DNA of 64,000 nucleotides from Vicugna vicugna. Taxonomy: Eukaryota. Location of the stretch: NCBI GenBank assembly GCA_013265495.1, contig MU058009.1, positions 3,305,780 through 3,369,779 on the forward strand, given 5' to 3'. Position numbers and translations under genes: made by a program. Under the pieces are notes generated by a model. The model was not told the origin of the DNA. It saw only the letters and a list, made by a program, of their open reading frames with translations, and made no database searches. This document shows, one piece after another, positions 11,484 through 22,889 of this stretch; position 1 is the stretch's first letter; each line of letters starts with the position of its first letter.

Positions 11484-14400
11484 AATTTTTTTAATTAATT
11501 TTAACTATTAATTAAAACATTGATTTATAACATTATATGAGTTTTGTGGGTGCAGCATTATGTTTCTACTTCTCTGTGTACCCTGCAAACACGCTCACCA
11601 CCAACAATTTCTTTTCCAACTGTCATCAAGCAGTTCACCCCCTTTCCCCACTTTTCCCTCCTCCCTACCCCTTCCCCTCCACTAACCACTACTCTGTTCT
11701 CTGTATGTATCTATGTGTTTAGTTCGGTTTAGTTTGGTTTATTCATTTATTTTGTTTTTGTTTGTTTATTAGTTTTTTAGATTCCACATATGAGTGAAAT
11801 CATACAGTATTTGTCTTTCTCCAGCTGACTTATTATAACATCTTAGCATAATACCCTCAAGGTCCATACATGTTGTAGCAAATGGCAAGATTTCACCTTT
11901 TTTATGACTGAGTAATAATCCATTATATGTATGTTTGTGTGTGTGTATATATACTTATACATACATATATATATATATTTGTGTGTATATATGTATATAT
12001 CACATTTTCTTTTAGCCATTCATCTGTTGACAGGCCCTTACGTTATTTCCATTCCTTGGCAATTGTAAATAATGCCACTGTGACCATGCAGTGCTGATAT
12101 CTTTTTTGGATTTGTATTCTTTGGATAAATACCCAGGAGTGTAATTACTGGACCATATGGTAGTGTATTTTTAATTTTTTGAGAAATCTCTATACTGCCT
12201 TCCATAGTGGTTGCACCCATTTATATTCCACCAACAGTGTCTGAGGGTCATCCTTTGTCAACACTTATTATTTCTTGCCTTTTTGATAACAGCCATTCTG
12301 ATAAGTGTGAGGTGATAGCTCATTGTGACTTTGACTTGAACTTCCCTATTCATCACTGATGAATCACTGATGAATCACTGATGCATCAGTGATGTCATGT
12401 CACGTGCCTGTTGGTCGTCTCTGTGTCTCCTTCGGAAAAATATAGTCAGCTTCTCTGCCCATTTTGTGATTGTGTTGTTTGTTTTTGTTGTTGTTGAATT
12501 ATATGAGTTTTTTAAAGATACATTATGGATATTAATCCCTTTTTGGATATATCGTTTGCAAATATCTTCTTCCATTCAGTAGGTTGTCTTTCCATTTTAT
12601 TGATGGTTTCCTTTCTTGGGTAGAAGCTTTTTGGTTTGATGTAATCCTGTTTATTTTTGCTTTTGTTTTCCTTGCCTGGAGAGACAATATCTAGAAAGAT
12701 ATTGCTAGACCAATGTCAAAGAATATACTGCCTGATTTTTCTTCTAGGATTTTTATGGTTGCAGGTCTTATATTCAAGTCTTTAATCCAGTTTGAGTTAA
12801 TTTTTGTGTATGGTGTGAGATAGTGGTCTAATTTTTTTGCATGTATTTGTCCAATTTTTCCAACACCTTTATTGAAGAAACTGTTCTTTCTCCATTGTAT
12901 GTTCTTTGCTCCTTTGTCAGAAATTGTCCATATGTGTGGATTTACTTTGGATAGCTCAATTCTGTTCCATTGTTCTGTGTATCTGTTTTTGTTTGTTTGT
13001 TTGTTTGTTTTTTACCAGTGCGATGCTGGGTTTCGATGACTATGGCTCCATAGTATAGTTTGGAATTAGGGAATTTGATACCTCCAGCTTTGTTCTTTTT
13101 TCTCACGATTGTTTTGGCTATGCAGAGTCCTTTGTGGTTCCATATGAATTTTATATTTTTTTGTTCAGTTCTGTAAAAAATGTCCTTGCAATTTTGGTAG
13201 GAATTGAATTGAATCTGTAGATTGCTTTAGGTAATAAGGCCATTTTGACAATATTAATTCCTCTACTCCATGAGCACAGAATATCTTTCCATTTATTTGT
13301 GTCATCTTCATTTCTTCTATCAGTGTCTCACAGTTTTCAGTGTACAGATCTTTTACCTCCTTGGTTACATTTATTCCAAGGTACTTTGTTTTTTTGGAAT
13401 TTTAAATGGGATTATTTTCTTAATTTCTCTTTCTGGTGGCTCATTGTTAGCATATAGAAATGCAATAGAGTTTTGCATATTACTTTTTATTCTGCAGCTT
13501 TATTGTATTTGTTTATTATTTCCAATAGTTTTTTTGGGAGAGTCTTTAGGATTTTCTATGTATAAATTCATGCCATCTGCAAATAGTGACAGTTTTACTT
13601 CTTCCTTTCCAATTTGGATGCCTTTTATTTTTCTTGCCTCATTGCTGTGGCCAGGACTTCCAAACTATGTTGAACAGGAGTGGTGGAGTGGGCATCCTTG
13701 TCTTGCTCCTGATCTTAGAGGTATAGTTTCAGTTTCTCACCACTGAGTGTGATGTTAGCTGTGGGTTTGTCATACATGGCTTTTACTATGTTGAGGTGTG
13801 TCCCTGCTATACCTACTTTATTAATAATTTGTATCATAAATGTGTGTTAAATCTTGTCAAGTGGCTTTTCTGCATCTATTGAGATGATCATATGATTTTT
13901 AGCCTTCATTTGGTGGGTGTGGTGCATCACGTTGATGGACTTGTGGATGTTGAACCATCCTGCCTCTCCAGAATAAATCCCGCTTGATCATGGTACGTGA
14001 TTTTTTTTTTTGATGTGTTATTGAATTTGATTTGCAGATACTTTGTTGAGGTTTTTGCCTCTATGTTCATCAGAGATATTAGCCTGTAATTTACTTTTGT
14101 ATGTGTGTTGTCTTTGTCTGGTTTTGGTATCAGGGTGACGTTGGCTTTGTAAAATGAGTTAGAAAGTATTACCTTCTCTTTAATTTTTTTGGACGATAGG
14201 GAGAAGAATTGGTATTCAGTCCTCTTAGAATATTTGGCAGAATTCACCTGTGAGGCCGTCTCGTCCTGGACTTTCGTTTTTTGGAGAGCTCTTTGATTAC
14301 AGTTTCAATCTCTGTCCTAGTGATCAATCTATTCAGATTTTCTATTTCTTCCTGATTCAAGTCTCAGAAGGTGGTATGATTCTAAGACTTTGTCCATTTC

Positions 14401-14503
14401 TTCTAGGTTGTTCAATTTGTGGGTGTGTGAATATTCATGATTTAAGAAAATAATCCTTTGTATTTCTATGGTATCTGTTTCTCTTCTTTCGTTTCTGATT
14501 TCG
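11484..14503 (-). mobile_element. ~3-kb 5'-truncated, decayed L1 (L1MA-like), ORF2 RT/C-terminal region plus 3'UTR
   Basis: ORF2 peptides SNSFYKANVTLIPKPDKDNT..NYRLISLMNIEAK (13927-14247) and LPYGPVITLLGIYPK (12038-12220). T-rich tail at the left end. Degenerate TSD TTACATAGTTA / TTAAATACTTA. Many stops and frameshifts. Confidence 0.92.
11925..12000. repeat. (TA)n/(TG)n low-complexity expansion within L1
   Basis: TATATGTATGTTTGTGTGTGTGTATATATAC...ATATATATATATAT seen directly. Confidence 0.85.
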
Positions 14504-14771
14504 TTAAATACTTATTTTTTAATATTCTGTGTGAGAAAGTGGGAAGTAAACATAAAGCTCTTCTCTTGCTTTCTGAAGTATGAAGGTTGTCTTGAGGCAG
14601 AAACACTTGTGTGATTGAGTATTAAGCTGAAGTATCCACTTTTTTCACAAAACACCACTTTCAGTTGAAAGAGTTACAGACAAGCTGTGGTTATTTAGAC
14701 TTCGATATCTGTCAGAAATTATCCCCCAAAATGAATGAAGTGAGTCACTTCAAGGAAAACAGCTGACAGTA

Positions 14772-15107
14772 TAGTCAGCCCTCAGTATCCGTGGTGGACT
14801 GGTTCCAGGGCCCCAGAGGGTACCAAATCCACGATGCTCAAGTCCCATATGTAAAGTGGCCTAGTATTCGCATGTAACCTACACACATCTCCTGCATACT
14901 TTTAAATCATCTCTAGATTACTTAAAATACCGAATACAATGTAAATTCTATGTAGATAGTTGTAAAAGCAATGTAAATGCTATGTAAATGGTTGCTGGAG
15001 CATGGCAAAGTCAAGTTTTACTTTTCGGAAATTTTTTTCTGAATATTTTCAATCTGTTATGGGTTGAACTCACAGATGTGGAACCCACAGATCGCGGAAG
15101 CCAGCTG
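14772..15107 (+). mobile_element. MER2/MER2B (TcMar-Tigger) non-autonomous element inside Charlie1a
   Basis: Starts TAGTCAGCCCTCAGTATCCGTGG and ends GCGGAAGCCAGCTG. Contains the MER2 core TTTAAATCATCTCTAGATTACTT. Flanked by a TA duplication (14770-71, 15108-09). Charlie sequence reads continuously once it is removed. Confidence 0.88.
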
Positions 15108-15476
15108 TATCTGTTGCCAGTGATAAAATTTGAGCTTTCCAATGAAAATGAGAGTTTTGGAAAAACCTGTATCTGTCACTGGCAGCCTGACATTTTTCCA
15201 ATGCTTCAAGACTTTCCTGATGAAGTTCGTGGCGATGTTAACACATGCGTTCTTTTTAAATACTGTATAGTGAAATAAGCCAACATTTGGAAGATCTGCA
15301 TGTTTTAGTGAACCAATATTTTCTAAATGACCAAGGCATGCTGTGATAAAATCACATATGGGTAAATGGTCCACTCAAAGAGCAAGATAAATCAGTGGAT
15401 TTTGGTGCAAGAGAATATGAAAAAGTCATTCACTTGGTTTAAGATTCCATGTTGCAACTAAGCTTTAAGAAACCAC

Positions 15477-15707
15477 GGATTAACAGAAATACATTACTAT
15501 ATATAAAATAGATAAACAACAAGGACCTCCTGTATAGCCCAGGGAACAATATTCAGTATCTTGTAATGAGCCGTAACTGAAAAGAAATTGAAAAAATATA
15601 TATGTATGTATGTGTATGTAAAACTGAATTGCTTAGCTGTATTCCTGCAACTAACATTGTGAATCAGATACGCTTCAATAAAAATAAGAATAAAAAAAAA
15701 AAGAAAA
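15477..15707 (+). mobile_element. 5'-truncated L1 3'-UTR stub inside Charlie1a
   Basis: AATAAA plus A-rich tail. Perfect 10-bp TSD AAGAAACCAC (15467-15476 and 15708-15717) at a TTT/AAGA L1-endonuclease-type site. Confidence 0.9.
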
Positions 15708-16183
15708 AAGAAACCACCACTTGCAAGTTTTGGAATATCTAAGAATATCTACCATTACCTGAAAAGCAAATATTCATCTCTTTGTAAAAAATTACATACC
15801 TGTGTAATTAAAGGCTAAGTTTTCTTCAAATACTTGAACCAAAACAAACATGACAACAGATTGAATGTAGAAGCAGCGATGGAGATTCAGCTGTCTTCTA
15901 TTAAGCTGTACAGCGTGTAAACCAATGCCACTTGTCTCTGCAAAGTGTTTTGGAACATGCCGTTATTTTTCATTAAAAATATGTTAATTATGTTAGTGTG
16001 TGCTAGGTTTGTTATTGTCTTTTTAGAAAAATGTGCACACAAATATTTTAAAAATTTCTCAATTTAAAATTCTAATCCGGTAAATATCAACAGATACAAG
16101 CCACGTTAACAAAACTCCTTGAGGGCCTCAGTTACTCTGAAGATGTGAAGGGGTCCTGAGACCAAAAAGTTTGGGAAATGCTG

Positions 16184-16320
16184 GTTTAAAGAAACAGGAT
16201 TTATCTCTGGGCTTGGGAGGGGCCCAGGCTGCCTGGACACGTGTGGCCACCCGAGACCTGAGCCAGGTAGGAATCTTGTTAGACGGACACAGGCGGAGGC
16301 GGGGTGGCCGCCCAGAGTTT
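16184..16320 (-). mobile_element. MLT1K/J-like MaLR LTR, right piece
   Basis: CAGGATTTATCTCTGGGCTTGGGAGGGGCCCAGGCT...ACCTGAGCCAGGTAGGAATCTTGTTAG continues the LTR interrupted at 10951. Confidence 0.5.
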
Positions 16321-17099
16321 ATTACAGGCTCAGTGTGAGGAAAGGAAAGAGGAGGCTTCAACAGCGCCTTCAGGGAGAGGAGACCACAGCTCTGGGGAGG
16401 AGACGAGGCCCTCAGATGATGACAACTCCTCCGCCTCCTCCTTCCTCTTTTATTTTGGAAAAGAGACTCAAATAATGTAGTAGACGTGGGGGAGAAGCTT
16501 CAGTGGGGGAGACAGGATACAAAGTATAGGAAAACGGAGCTGGAAAGACCATCAAAGTCATTTCTTCTCTACCTTATTCCTTCTAACATGGAATCATTTC
16601 CCATTTTTTTTTTTCTGGGATTCATAGGTACATGCAATATACATAAAATTTTGAAATGTGTACATACGTTTTTCTAAAAGCTACTTTCTGGTGGGGCTGA
16701 AAGTTGTGTTTCAGCCAAAACACACCAATCACAATCTACACAACTGTATGTGGAAAGCCTTTGAGGAAAGTGTTGTCTTTTGTTTCAATATTTTGTTTAT
16801 ATTTTTTCTTTTGGGGGATGCTGAATAGAGGAAGAGGGAGAAGTAAGATTAAATTGTGTTCTATGTTACTAAGCCAGATAAAGACAAGGGTACAATTATT
16901 AGAATTTGTTTTTGAAAAAGACAAGAATCTTCTGAATTGGACACCACGACCTTACCACGTTGCTGAAGGGATAGGATGAAGCTTAACATATGAGCGTCTA
17001 TGTTAACCAAATGATGATTCAATCTGCGATGAATCCAGCCCCGGAGTCTCGAAGCTCCTTCCTGAAAAGGCACCTCTGGATCTTTGTTGCTTGTTTCAG

Positions 17100-17900
17100 C
17101 CCCGACAGCCCGCGCGCTCCTGTCCCCAGGCTGGGCCGTAGCTAGCCGCAGTCCTTGTCCCGCTGTGCCTTCTCTGACCGTGCGTTTCTCAGCCTGACAT
17201 GTGTGAGGTGCGTCCTGGGGACTCAGTGATACTCGTCAGGACAGCTGTGTGACCTGAGGCTGTTTTACCCTCCCAAAGGCGTGCGGGTCTGAGGGCGCAC
17301 GGAGCGCAGCCTGGCAGGCAGCTCCGGAGGAGACGGAAGCCTGGTTTGGAGACATCTGACTGAGCTGTCACTCTGGGGCCACCTGGAACCGCCTTAACCC
17401 TGCCCCTTCCTCCCTGGCTCCTTGAGAGTCTGGTCCTCTCCCGCTCCCCCCGGCTCATCCCGGAGTGGAACTAAGCGTTTCCCCCGCTTCGCGGGCTGGC
17501 CGCGCGGGTCTGGGCCGCCGCGCGGGTCTGGGCCCCCGCCCTGTGCCTGGTCGCGTCGGTTTCTCTCACGGTTGCACAAGCCGGTCCCTTGACCTGCAGC
17601 AGTCTCCCCTGGTTTCCTCTCTGGCAAACACCTGCTCGTCCCTCGAGACCCAGGGTTTGATGTCTGTGACACGTCCCCGGGTTCCCGCCGGAAGAACGAA
17701 TGGTCTCCCTTCCCACGTAGCTTTGTATTTGCGTCTGTGTCACAGCCCTTCTCACCGCAGATCAGGCTTTGCTGTTTCCGCGTCCCCCACACATGGTGAA
17801 TGCCTTGCACAATTCCTCAGCGGGTGTGCAGCACGTCCCAAAGGGGCGGCTCGGGGTACGTGTCCCATAGATGCTCGGGGCTCGGTGGTAACGGGGACAG
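17100..17900. promoter_or_regulatory. CpG-rich patch (orphan CpG-island-like)
   Basis: Dense CGCG/GCGC/CCGG. Includes an 18-bp tandem duplication at 17499-17534. No associated coding exon. Confidence 0.45.
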
Positions 17901-18179
17901 CATCTCAGGTGGGAGTGTCTGGGCCATCTGTCTAACCACGTCTACACAGCTCACCCCACCCGCTCATTCTCCTTTCTTTTTCCCACTCTCCTTCGCCTTC
18001 AGCCGGAAGCTGAAGGTGTTCTGGGAGCCCGTCTCCCCCAGGGCCTGTCTGCTGAATGATCATCGCCAATTGGGACACACAGGTATCGCCATTTAGCGTT
18101 AGTTTTCATCAGGCTGTTTCCTCCATGCTAAGCAGTGAGCTATGCACATGGGGACTCTAGATGGAGGAGGTTTTTCAAA

Positions 18180-18690
18180 CGATGAATCAGTTAACCTAGA
18201 AACTAGTGCGTACTGAGCTCCTGTGTCGTGTCTGGCCCTGGTGATGTGGGGGGGGTGGGGGAAGGGGACAAAATCAATTAGCTTTACTTATATGGAATTG
18301 CTAATATTTGAGCCGACAAATGGAGTTTCTTTAATGGAGCTGGGGTTGCTCGGAGAACGTGTACTGAACAAGCAGAGACCAGAGAAGGGTAAACACGAGG
18401 CCAGGATGCAGGGCTCGCCCCGGGTCCTGAAGGCGGGAAAGAGTCGTGTTCTGGGGGTTTCACGCCCGAAGGCTGGAGGACTGAGCTCTGTGGGGCTGGT
18501 CTGGCGGGGGCTTGCGCTGAGACGGTGGGGGAGCCTGGCTGCTTGGAGGGGCAGGGCCGCCCACACGGGGCAGGTGAGAGCCAGCCCGGGAAAGCCATCT
18601 CATCGCGGCAAGCGGGGGTTTCAGGGCAGCCCGGCAACCCCGCACGGCTGTGTCGTGGGGATTAGACCATCGTGTCCTAGGGCCGTTAGG
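18180..18690 (-). mobile_element. L2 LINE 3' fragment (decayed)
   Basis: GTACTGAGCTCCTGTGTCGTGTCTGGCCCTGG... followed by purine-rich L2-like sequence in reverse. Confidence 0.4.
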
Positions 18691-18857
18691 TTCTCATTCT
18701 AAGTCTTTTTTTTTTTTATCCAGGGATACTAATTATCCATGAAGATGTGTTAGATTCGCTAATTTCCTCTAAAGGGTATTTCCTCTAAAGATTGGCCTCA
18801 TAATAGAGAGGGACTGAGTGTGAGCTCCTGGCTCTGCATAAAATGTGGAGCGTGCTC

Positions 18858-18950
18858 GGGGGGAGGGTACAGCTCAGTGGTAGACTGCGTGCTTAGTGTG
18901 CACGGGGCCCTGGGTTCAACCCCCAGTGCCTCCATTAATATATATATGTA
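18858..18950 (+). mobile_element. tRNA-derived camelid SINE (vic-1-like), head only
   Basis: GGGGGGAGGGTACAGCTCAGTGGTAGA (A box)...CCCTGGGTTCAACCCCCAGTGCCTCCATT (B box) followed by an AT-rich tail. Homologous to the copy at 54280-54417. Confidence 0.85.
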
Positions 18951-21314
18951 TGTTAGTATGACGTTTGGGGGTATCTTCCGAGGCGTGTTCCAGCGCCACG
19001 CGGGCCCCTCGCCACGTGTCCTTAGCCTCCTCTTGGGTGAGAGGTCTCGGTGCTTGGCTTCCCACCTCAAAAGGCATCTATTGAAAGCTGTCTCCTGACC
19101 GGAACTCTGACCCCGAGGCTTCCAGCAGCTCAGAACGGTATCTCTGAATTTCAGTGTACCCAGTATCCTCTGAAATACAGGAAAGCCTTTTGCTTAAGTT
19201 TTTTGTTTTTGTTTTTGTTTTTTTTTTTTTGGCCAGAGATTTTATGTTCATTGACTGAAGGGTCCGTGGCTCTCGCAGTGTATGTGGTCCCCAGTGGGTT
19301 ACCTGAGATCATTGGGACAAATGTGGACATGAAAACACACAGCGAAACTGTGGGTTCACAGCAGAGGGCGGCATCACGTTGAAAATCCCGCTTATCCGGA
19401 TGATGTTCTGAGGGGAACCAGTGATCTCCTGGCTCATCATGGGCAGCTCCATCCAGCCACCATGTATGCCGTTACTTTTACGTGGAGACCCGTTTTGAAT
19501 TTCACGCCAAGGCCTCAGGCACCCGTTTTTCACCCCCAGTGCAGCTTTGGGAAAGGAGAGAGCCTTCGCCTTCTCTCCTGCCTGAGACCCAGCGCTGGGA
19601 GTGGGGCTGCGAAGACAGTCCCGCGGGGCCGGTTCTGGTTCAGGCCTCTCGTCCCTGCGCGCCCGTGACCAGGGCCCGGGTTCACCGTCAGTGTTCCTAG
19701 TTTGGACAATACAGTGAGATCCGTGAGGGGTGGGATCACCCAGTGGCCGCACTGCGGCTCTAAGCGTGACAGCGGGGGAGGACGATGGGGCGGGGGAGGG
19801 CCCTGCGGACCTCCTGTGACCACGCCAGCCAGAGACGGTTCTAACGAGGGCTCTGCGGCGAGGGGTCCCACGAGGGCTGCTTTCTGCTTTAGGAACAGTG
19901 TCTGCTTCCAAAGAGAGAAAGGAAGCCAACAAAATGGGAGAAAGCGGAGAAGCTCAGCTGAAATTGGGCTCAGTGAACCCGTGCCTCTGGGGAGAGGCCA
20001 GCAGCCAGTCTCATTCACTGAAAGTCCTGGTGACCGTGGGAAGGAGGGACACGCAGCCAGACGTCCAGAGCACCTGCTTGGCCGGCAGCTGCGTCCGCTT
20101 CCTGGGCTGATGCTGCTTCCTGCTAAACCAAAAAATGGCCGCGAATTGCCAGTTTGGGAGGGTGCCCCCGGGCCTCCGCCTGTAACCCCTCCTCCGGGGG
20201 GCTTAACGCAGCGCTGTCACTCTGCCAGCGATGCCCACTGCTGTCAATAGGGGCTGTCATATCGATGGACCCACGAATAATTGCCTTCACGAATGACTCC
20301 ATTTCCCAGAGAAGCTAATCCCGGAGCAGGGAAGAGAGGAGCTAATGAACCACATCAGAAGGCGAAGTGGAAAGGAAATCTCGCCCGGGAAGATCAGGGC
20401 AGCGTGAGCCTCTGCGCGATGAGAGGGCAGCAGGCTGTGGGGCTTGCAGAGAGTCTTCAGCTGCAGACCAGACCGAGCGGTAGGGGAGAGCCAAGGGAAG
20501 AGCGGGATCGGCTTTCTACCCCGTGCGCCCCATAAAATGAATGATCAGAAGTAAATTACAGACTTGCAAATGGGTGGTTAACGACTGAGACAATATGAGT
20601 GCAGAGAGAAGCTCATCAAAACACACTGGGCAAGAGCCGGGGAGGGAAGCATGGAATACAAATGATGCTCGGGAAAGCCAGGCCATCAAAGCCCAGGGCC
20701 CCCGCGGAGGGCCGGGGTCACCCCCCACACCTGTCGGGGCAAGGGCAGAGCTTGCCGAGGCTGCTTGCAGGGGAGGAGATGAAGGGGCTGTGCGTGTGGA
20801 GGAAGATAATTAGGGGAAGCACAGTGCGGGGGAAGGGGCACAGGGCACAGAGCCCGGCCCCCGGCCCCTTCCCTTCACAGTGGGTAGGACATTGGTGGAC
20901 CACGGGGCTGGGGGGGCCCGAGAGGCGGAGGGAGAGCGGTTACTCCTGTCACCAGCTCACAGCCCCTCCCCGCACCCCCCAACACCACCAGCGCCCAGAA
21001 CTGTGGAAGTCACAGAGGGGGCTGAGGCTGGGGTCAGGGAGCCCCCCTAGTGACCTAGCCCGTCAGCTGCTGCTCACTCCAAGAGGACTCCAGAAGAAGG
21101 TGGGGAACCCAGATTCTGGGGGTGCTTTAGTGGGTAGAAAGGAGCGAGGCAGAGCTGCGGCAGGGGACCAGCAATTCTCGGAGGAGTGCGGGGCGGTGAC
21201 ATCTCCACCAGTCTGGTGCAGAGTGGGGACTTGAGCCAGCTGCTCTGAGGAGGGCGGATGCCTCTGCATCCGTCGAAGCCATGCGCACTCACTGGACCGT
21301 GGTTAACCGCGAAG

Positions 21315-21750
21315 CAAGTGATTTGGAACCCCTGATGTGCCAGTCACTATACAAGATGCCGAGGGGACACACATGGTTCTAACTGTCCCCTGTATTTAAG
21401 AAGCTTATAGTATAAGAGGGAAATTGATATACAAACACATGCTTGCAAGAATAATTGCAAAAAAATAAAAAATTTAAAAAAGCTGCTCTGAGCATGGTGG
21501 GAGGCTTCATAGAGGAGGTGACGTAAAATCGGGGTCTTAAAGTACCAGATGAGGAGAGTGGGGTGAGGGTGGCCAGGAAGAGGATACAGAGGCAAGGAAA
21601 GAGCATGATGTGTTTAGAACATGTCAAGTGGCTGGCGTGGCTGGAAAGCAGGAGGCGAGTGTGGGAGGTTGAACCTGGAAAATTGGGTCTTTAAGTCATG
21701 CCAGAGAGGTCTGGACTTTATCTTATGCGGAAGCAACTGCAGGTTCCTGG
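21315..21750 (-). mobile_element. L2 LINE 3' fragment
   Basis: ATGTGCCAGTCACTATAC...GGAGGCTTCATAGAGGAGGTGAC...CATGCCAGAGAGGTCTGGACTTTATC are characteristic L2 motifs in reverse. Confidence 0.7.
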
Positions 21751-22889
21751 GTTGCTGGCTCTGTGTTTGGAAAGCCCTCCCCGGCAGCTGGGTGGAGTGT
21801 GCACACGCATAGGGATGCCTGGGGACACCTGTGCTGTGGTCACTGGGTACATCTGCAGTGCCAGGTGCCTGCCTGCTGACACACAGGGACAGGACCTGGC
21901 AGGTCGCAGCATGGCAGGGGCCAGCAAAGGGCACCAGACTTCTCCAGTCCCACACGGAGGAGGAGCCACCTGTTCCGTGTGGATCTGAGCCAAGCCCCAC
22001 AGTAGGCTGCTCTCCCACCTGCCCTTCAGGCTTGGGAGGTAGCTATCTGGCTCCAAGGACACAACGTGCAGAGCAGAAGAGAGCTAAGGCAGCCCTGGCC
22101 CTGGCCCTGGCCCTGGCTCCTGCCCAGAAACCGCCTCAAGAAGCCAAGAAACCAAGAAGCTTTCCAGTAGGTTTGAATTTCTGATAAATGAGCAGATACC
22201 TAAGATGGTCTCTCTGCTCTCCTTGTCACTTATCACACTTGCCCTGATTTAATTTTCATTTGTTGACATTTGCAAAGCATGTTGGACTGGAATCCCTGTC
22301 AATTAAAGCGGGTTTCATTGAGTCCCACCCATCCTGCAGATCACAGCCGAAGCGTCCCTTCCTCGGAGGAACCTTTCTCAGCTCTGCAGACTGGCTTTGG
22401 TTCTCCCGTTCCTCTCCAAGACCCATCTCTTCAGCAATGGCTCTGTTTTGGATCTTTTAATGTTTCCCTCCTCCTTCCTACTTCAAAACTATCTGTCCCC
22501 TGATACATTCTCCCAAGCCTTAGGGATTTGTTAAATGACTGCTTAAAGCCACAAATCAACAAATTCAGAATATAATGCTAGGGCTGAATGGAGGCAAGTG
22601 TGTTGATTTCTTGTTTCAGCTAAAGGGGATGGCTAATGCTTTGTGTTTCAGGCATTCATTAATTGGTTTACGAGAGGCCTTCGTCCTCCAGTAGAAAGGG
22701 CCACTTGCTGTGAGGGGAAAGAACAGAGGTATTTTTGCTTGATGATCTTGCCCGTAGTCTTTCAATTCCCATATCCATTACATAAATCCACTATTTAAGT
22801 TCCCAGAGACCCCCTTGTCGCTGATAGTGCCCTCCCTTCCAAGGCACTGGCTGGAGCAGGCATCCCCATCCCCAGTGACCAGAGACCAC

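Larger units (their letters stand above)
10952..16183 (+). mobile_element. Charlie1a (hAT-Charlie) DNA transposon fossil, interrupted by four later insertions
   Basis: TIRs: CAGCAGGTCTCAAAC at 10952 and GTTTGGGAAATGCTG ending 16183 (12/15 identical). Degenerate 8-bp TSD GCTTAGAC / GTTTAAAG. Transposase remnants: CVDICTDGVKAMVG (~11065-11106), HCVLH (CxxH-type motif, ~11165) and a decayed EVRWLSRG region (~14575-14600). Confidence 0.85.

Noticed and set aside
18858..18935. Functional tRNA gene (also 54340-54417)
   Set aside because: Extra 5' G-run, degenerate stems, and a SINE tail with TSD in the second copy indicate tRNA-derived SINEs.
22091..22120. (GCCCTG)n giving ALALALA in an ORF
   Set aside because: Simple hexamer repeat with no coding evidence.
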